In this document: in pieces, positions 57,480 to 64,000 of the stretch
How the letters are laid out: each line of letters opens with the position of its first letter
How positions within the stretch are numbered: position 1 is the first letter of the stretch
Program-made: the position numbers and the translations under genes
Assembly: GCA_041690135.1 (NCBI GenBank)
Contig: JAWLHY010000008.1
Span: 64,001 to 128,000, forward strand
Length of the DNA: 64,000 nt
Direction: 5' to 3'
Origin: Armatimonadota bacterium
GTDB lineage: Bacteria > Armatimonadota > SYMT01
The notes under the pieces: model-generated
Told to the model about the DNA's origin: nothing
Database searches by the model: none
What the model saw: only the letters and a program-made list of their open reading frames with translations

Positions 57480-57690
57480 GTTCGTCTCATTACCTGCTCC
57501 ATTCAGCAATACAAGCCCAGGTCCAGGCGGTCACGAAGTATCCCGCCCTACATCGATAGGTGCAAGGACAGAGACCGTACTGTTCACCAGCATAACGGAG
57601 TTTACGGGCAACTGACCCATTGGCTACGTCTATCAGGTCACCCCTGGATCACCTTCGCTCGTCCGGAGTGATTGTCCTTGGATCCGGGTT

Positions 57691-59048
<1,358 letters not shown>

Positions 59049-59052
<4 letters not shown>

Positions 59053-60254
59053 TTCGGTTCCTTCTTCTGGCTGGGTGAAGCGCCGTTCTCGTCCAGCGTC
59101 ACGCGCGCCCAATGGATGCTCATACAGTCGGGCGTGCCGGCGTAGTAAGCCAGCAGCACGCTTCCTTCCTGGAGAACCCGGAGAGCGGGGTGGCCGAAGC
59201 TCCACTTGCCCATGTCTTCCCAGTACTCTTTGAAGTCGATGTCCCGGCTACCCTGCGTGAGGAGGGCGCGCTCGTCGTGGACGTGCACGACGACGGACTC
59301 AGCTTCGGGCCAGGTCGCGCCGCCATCGCGGGAGAGCCAGAGGCGGAGCGTGCCGGGCTGGCCCCGGTTCACGATGAACGCCAGTACGCGGCCGTCCGGC
59401 AGCACGAGCGGCGCCGCGATTTGGCCAGGGAGGGAGGTCTCCTGCGGCAGTTCGAGAATGGTGGCCCGAGGCGACGTGTTGGTCGGGTGTGTAGCTGACC
59501 GGGGGAGTGACCCTCGCAACAAGTGGACGTTCCGGTCCTGCTTCTCGATGAGGTCATGCGTCCAGAACAAGGCAAGGAACTCGCCTTCCGTACCGACCGG
59601 GCAAAGGCGTTGGTCCCAGTAGTACAGTCGGTGCTCCGGATGCTGGGCTACGCGGAGCGGCGGTGCAAAGGTTTCTCCGCCGTCCCGGGATACCAGCAGC
59701 CATGCAGCGTGCCTTCCAGGTCGCGGATCATCGAACTCCTTGAAGCTTTCGAAGGCATAGGCGAGCGTCCCGTCCGGCCAGCAGATCGCCGGTCCGGTCC
59801 CTGCGCACCCTTTCAAGTCCCTGGTATCGAGTTGGCGCCAGTCGCTCCAGGTTTCGCCGTCGTCCGTGGACACGGCGAGCAATTGCCGGCTGTGCAGGAT
59901 TCCCTCCGTCACCGGATCGAAGAGTGGCCGCTCCGGCTCGCTGCGATCGAACCAGGTGGTGAAGAGAAGGAGACGACCCGGTGCGGCCTCGACCATTTCC
60001 GCCATGGCCAGGGAGCCGGGAACGTCATCGAGCAAGGTTTCGAACCGCCAGGGGATCTCCGCCCAGGTGCGACCGCCGTCCTCAGAACGACAAAGGCGGA
60101 CCGTCGAGGTAGGTGCATGTTTGGCCGGGCCGACCTGGAAGCCCGCCAGCACCATTCCGGAACGCAGCGGGCAAAGACTGGTGAAAAATGCGATCCGCTC
60201 CCGTTCGGCGCGGGCGGACGCGTCCAAGATCAGGCCTTGTTCTTCAACCTTCAT
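59049..60254 (-). CDS. Sialidase-family (BNR/Asp-box) beta-propeller protein
   Basis: Asp boxes SEDGGRTW, STDDGETW, SRDGGETF and SRDGGATW. Confidence 0.85.
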
Positions 60255-60365
60255 CCCCGGCGCTCCTCTTGGCAGTCGCCCAAGCAGCCCTTTTGTCGCA
60301 ACCGGAAAACTTCGACGCAAAACTTCCGCAAAACAAAAGGAGTCTGGGTGTCGCTTATAGAAGTG

Positions 60366-60388
60366 GTGACATAGCAACGATATATCAC
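60366..60388. promoter_or_regulatory. Candidate GntR operator
   Basis: Imperfect palindrome GTGACATA-N7-TATATCAC containing GATATATC, in an AT-rich divergent intergenic region. Confidence 0.5.
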
Positions 60389-60435
60389 TGGAACTGGGGC
60401 TCAAGCCACCCGCTGCTCGTTTCGATCCAACCTGT

Positions 60436-61152
60436 ATGTACAGATCTTCCGGCCCTCTGGGCCCCGAGGGCGAGGAAGCCCGTACGACGACCGACGCCGT
60501 TTACTACCGGATGCGAAGAGAGATTGCCACGGGCGTGTTAGCCCCAGGAACCCAACTCGTGCACCGGAAGCTCGCCCAGCGAATGGGCACCAGCACCATC
60601 CCGGTGGTCGACGCCTTGCGTCGGCTGGAAGGGGCAGGATTGCTGGAAACCACGCCAGGCCAGGGAACGCGGGTACGGAAGTGGGAGCCGCACGAGGTCC
60701 AGGAGGCTTACCTGATCCGGGCCGCACACGAGGGTGTGGCTTGCCGGCTCTTCGTCCAACGTGGGACGGAGGAAGAGTTGACGGCAGTGGAAGCGTTAGC
60801 CGCAGAATTCGACGCAGCGGCTCGGGCAGGTCAGGCGGAAGTGTGCAACGTCACCGACGAACGGATCCATTTGCTGATCGCACAGGGAGCCCGCTCCCGG
60901 GAATTGCTGCGGTTAGTGGAGAACTCAGGGCTGGTGTTGCTTACCATCGGCCGAACGATGCTGCCCTTGGAACTGGCGAATGAGCGGGAAGTGGGGCCAC
61001 TGGGGATCCACGATTCCCTGATCGCGGCCCTGAAGTCCGGTGAGTCGGGCCGCGCGGAACACGAAGGTCGCGAACACGTGTTGGAAGCCTGGGGCCGGAT
61101 AGCGCCCCGGTTGGCGAAGCATTACCGGCACTTGAACATTCTTCCTGGCTGA
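60436..61152 (+). CDS. GntR-family (FCD) transcriptional regulator
   Basis: VYYRMRREIATG.LAPG, PVVDALRRLEGAGL, and FCD residues D.RIH, HDSLIAAL, REHV. Confidence 0.92.
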   Translation: MYRSSGPLGPEGEEARTTTDAVYYRMRREIATGVLAPGTQLVHRKLAQRMGTSTIPVVDALRRLEGAGLLETTPGQGTRVRKWEPHEVQEAYLIRAAHEGVACRLFVQRGTEEELTAVEALAAEFDAAARAGQAEVCNVTDERIHLLIAQGARSRELLRLVENSGLVLLTIGRTMLPLELANEREVGPLGIHDSLIAALKSGESGRAEHEGREHVLEAWGRIAPRLAKHYRHLNILPG

Positions 61153-61216
61153 CCTCGCGGGTGGGGTCGCCGGGAGCCGGAACACCCGCAGTTGCTTCGG
61201 ATAAGGAGCGATCACT

Positions 61217-61981
61217 ATGGTACGGCGAAGAGGGTTTACCCTGATCGAACTGCTCGTGGTCATAGCCATTATCGCGATTCTGGCAGCCATTCTCTTCCCG
61301 GTGTTTGCGCAGGCAAGGGAAGCAGCGCGCAAAGCTTCGTGCATCAACAACATGAAGCAGATCGGCACCGGCTGGATCATGTACGCGCAGGACTACGATG
61401 AAACGGTGGCATGGCGTCTGGTCTGCGCCACCACTGGCGGAGACTTCTCCACCGGGTGCGGTGAAATTGGGGTCACCACGGCCGCGCAGTACCTGCAGAC
61501 CACGCCCGGAATGCTGGACCCGTACATCAAGAATAAGCAGATCTGGGCCTGCCCTTCCGCCACCCCCAAAGGCAATCCCGACCCCAGCCAGGGGACCGTG
61601 GTCTCCAATTACGGCTTCAACGACTGGTACATGCAGTACGCGGAATCGAGCGCGGGGGGCTGGGGAAGCGCCCGGACCTACGACGCGCGCATCAAAGGAA
61701 AAATGGGCCTCGCGATCCTGGAGATGCCGGCCGACACGGTGGTCATGACGGATGCCATCCCCACGCCCCCGCACCGAGGCGGACCGTATTGGGCCATGTA
61801 CCACGCGAATCCCCGGGAAAACAACTTCATGGCGCCTCTGCATGCCGGCGGAACCGTAGCCCTGATGGCGGACGGCCACGTGAAGTGGTTCCGACAAACC
61901 ATGCTGAACGGAAACCACAACGGCATCGGTTACTACTACTGGAAGGTCAACAAGTCGGTGGCGGTCGGGTTCTACCCGTAG
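61217..61981 (+). CDS. Prepilin-type N-terminal cleavage/methylation, DUF1559 / H-X9-DG protein
   Basis: RBS AAGGAG; [11 protein letters not shown]..., [24 protein letters not shown]. Confidence 0.93.
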   Translation: MVRRRGFTLIELLVVIAIIAILAAILFPVFAQAREAARKASCINNMKQIGTGWIMYAQDYDETVAWRLVCATTGGDFSTGCGEIGVTTAAQYLQTTPGMLDPYIKNKQIWACPSATPKGNPDPSQGTVVSNYGFNDWYMQYAESSAGGWGSARTYDARIKGKMGLAILEMPADTVVMTDAIPTPPHRGGPYWAMYHANPRENNFMAPLHAGGTVALMADGHVKWFRQTMLNGNHNGIGYYYWKVNKSVAVGFYP

Positions 61982-61997
61982 GCAAGTGGGGTGTTCA

Positions 61998-62228
61998 ATG
62001 AGGATAAGCAAGTTGGGTCGGACATCGACCCTTGTCGGCTGCCTGATGGCGGGTAGTCTGGTCTATCTGAGCGGGTGCAGCCAGCCACAGGCGCCGAAGG
62101 ACCCGAGCATCCCGCCTCCCATGGCCTCGCCGGTGCCGCCCGCGGCCATGGGCACGGCCCCCCAGGCTACGCCTACCGGCGGTCCCACGCCGGACGGCGG
62201 ACCCGTGTCGGGCGGGACAGTTCGATGA
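61998..62228 (+). CDS. Small Pro-rich lipoprotein
   Basis: MRISK...LVYLSG-C lipobox; follows the prepilin-type gene. Confidence 0.7.
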   Translation: MRISKLGRTSTLVGCLMAGSLVYLSGCSQPQAPKDPSIPPPMASPVPPAAMGTAPQATPTGGPTPDGGPVSGGTVR

Positions 62229-62505
62229 TTGCCATTGGATAGCGATGGTTGAGGGGTGGGGTGGGTAGTTACGGCGACTCAAGAAGCTGCGGTGACCCAG
62301 GAGACCTCACCCCCGCCACCCACTTCGTGGTTACCCCCCACCCCCACCCACTCCGTGGGTACCCGGTGCCCGGCTCTGACACAGAGTGGGGGAATTCCGT
62401 GCCCATGGCAGGTCGAGATTTCCAGTTGTTCGCTACCGTTTTCGAGGCTGTGGCGCTGAATGCTAATACACGGGAGTGGAGGCGAGGACCGCTCCAACAT
62501 TGCCA

Positions 62506-64000
62506 ATGCAAATGCCTTCTGCGATACTCCGACGCACCGTAGCGGCCGCCATTCTGATCGTGACGGGGTTGCTCCCCGCAGTTTCCGCCGGAGAGGCGGT
62601 TTCCCTCACCGCAAAAGACCTCACCCAAATGGGTGGCAAATGGGAGCGAGAGGGAGGCGAACTACGGCAGAGCGATCCCCACGGGCGCGCTTTCGCCGTC
62701 CTGCGCCGCAAGCCGTTTTCGTCCACCCGGCTGGGCTTCCGCTTTCGGGTGGAGCCTAGCGGGAGCGGTGTTAGGGCCGCGGGGGCGATCATCCGGTCTA
62801 CCAACAGCGAGACTTATTACGGCGTGCATTTCGACTGCCGCAACAACCAGGTGGTGCTGTACGCCAGCCCCTGGGAAGTGATTTCCCGGAAGCCCGTGGT
62901 GCTTGAGGAGGACCGCTGGTACGCGGCGACGGTCGAGGCGCGGGGGGAGCGGTTGACGGTGGCGCTGGATGGTCAGCCCGTTATGGAAGCAACCGATAGT
63001 CGCCATCCGGCTGGGGTCGTGGGGCTTTATACCAGCCAGGGGAGCGTAACATTCCGCGACGTTCAGGTGGAGGGCGAGGCGGCAAAGCTGGAGCGCCCCT
63101 GGAAGGACGTCACGCCCAGGCCCCATTACAAGATCGTGGCGTCGGGGGAGGCAGCCGGGGGCTATGCTGCATTCCCGGACCTCTGTCGCGCCCGCAGCGG
63201 CGATCTCCTCTGCGTCTATTACTCCGGGTACGGACATATATCCACGCCGAATGATGCCTGGCCCGCGGGTGGACGTGTGCAACTCGTTCGCTCGCGCGAC
63301 AACGGCAAAACGTGGAGCCGGCCGGAGACGATTGCGGATACTCCGCACGACGACCGGGACCCCCATATCGCGCTGCTCTCGGACGGGACGCTTATCTGCA
63401 ACTGGTTCGTGGCGTGGAACCCCAAGGCACCGCCTGCGGGGGAGCGTCACCGCTATGGGATGTTCCTGAGCCGCTCGCGGGACCAGGGCCGGACATGGTC
63501 CGCTCCCGAGCGCCTGGCGGTGGAAGCGCCGACCTGGTTCGTGTGCTCCGCTCCGATCCGCGAGTTGCCGGACGGGTCGCTGATCCTGGGGCTGTACACC
63601 GAGGCAGACGAAAAGAATGCCTACGGCGCCACGGTCCGCTCCACCAACGGGGGACGGACCTGGAAAGACCTGGCAACTATCGGCAAAGACGCGGGTCTCT
63701 ACCTGGATGCAGAAACGGACGTGCTCCGCCTGAAGGACGGCACCCTGCTGGCCGCGCTCCGGTCTTCCCGCACCGACCTATACTTCTCTCATTCTACGGA
63801 TGGGGGTAAGAGCTGGGGACCGGTGCGGTCCGCGGGGTTCAAGGGTCGCTGCCCTATCTTCCTCCGGACCCGGAAGGGGACGATCCTGCTGGGACAGCGT
63901 CTTCCGAATACCGCGCTCCACTGGAGCACGGATGAAGGCCAAACTTGGCGGGGACCACTGGAGATCGACTCCGTCATCGGAGCATACCCGGGTCTCGCGG
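62506..64000 (+). CDS. Exported sialidase-family protein with an N-terminal beta-sandwich (DUF1080-like); runs off the window end
   Basis: Hand translation (absent from the ORF track because it has no stop): signal peptide, GVVGLYTSQGSVTFRDVQV, YAAFPD, and Asp boxes SRDNGKTW, SRDQGRTW, STNGGRTW, STDGGKSW, STDEGQTW. Confidence 0.85.
   Translation, partial: MQMPSAILRRTVAAAILIVTGLLPAVSAGEAVSLTAKDLTQMGGKWEREGGELRQSDPHGRAFAVLRRKPFSSTRLGFRFRVEPSGSGVRAAGAIIRSTNSETYYGVHFDCRNNQVVLYASPWEVISRKPVVLEEDRWYAATVEARGERLTVALDGQPVMEATDSRHPAGVVGLYTSQGSVTFRDVQVEGEAAKLERPWKDVTPRPHYKIVASGEAAGGYAAFPDLCRARSGDLLCVYYSGYGHISTPNDAWPAGGRVQLVRSRDNGKTWSRPETIADTPHDDRDPHIALLSDGTLICNWFVAWNPKAPPAGERHRYGMFLSRSRDQGRTWSAPERLAVEAPTWFVCSAPIRELPDGSLILGLYTEADEKNAYGATVRSTNGGRTWKDLATIGKDAGLYLDAETDVLRLKDGTLLAALRSSRTDLYFSHSTDGGKSWGPVRSAGFKGRCPIFLRTRKGTILLGQRLPNTALHWSTDEGQTWRGPLEIDSVIGAYPGLA

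Overview
High-GC bacterial chromosome segment. The three '[23 protein letters not shown]' prepilin-type genes, the DUF1552/DUF1592 pair and the OprP-type porin suggest an Armatimonadota- or PVC-like diderm (inference). All domain calls come from motif recognition by eye; no searches were run. Contents from left to right: (1) the 3' end of a molybdopterin oxidoreductase, a porin, an SGNH hydrolase and tRNA-Gly(CCC). (2) A decaying accessory patch at about 5.8-11.9 kb, with an internally deleted kinase, a nonsense-mutated prepilin gene and two copies of a ~158-bp structured element. (3) A glutaminase-like protein, an alpha/beta hydrolase, and a DUF4132 gene preceded by a small protein ending in a ubiquitin-like VGG. 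(4) A paired AAA_35/STAND system (SARP-BTAD effector plus WD40/TPR sensor) with an 11-bp-periodic candidate operator. (5) DUF1592/DUF1552 genes, an O-methyltransferase and two PAS hybrid kinases. (6) The main find, a 13-gene operon at 38658-50481. It joins a free-standing beta-branching cassette (PksF-like KS that keeps its Cys, HMG-ACP synthase, two crotonases, AcpK-like ACP) to type II FAS enzymes, a serine-palmitoyltransferase-like enzyme and a eukaryote-type 3-ketodihydrosphingosine-reductase-like SDR. No modular PKS is present, so it is a candidate pathway to methyl-branched (possibly isoprenoid-like) sphingoid bases. (7) A membrane kinase facing an S8 protease with tandem DQMTWG repeats. 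(8) A GntR-controlled sialidase/aminotransferase/dioxygenase/prepilin locus. No CRISPR array, rRNA, integrase or transposase was seen.
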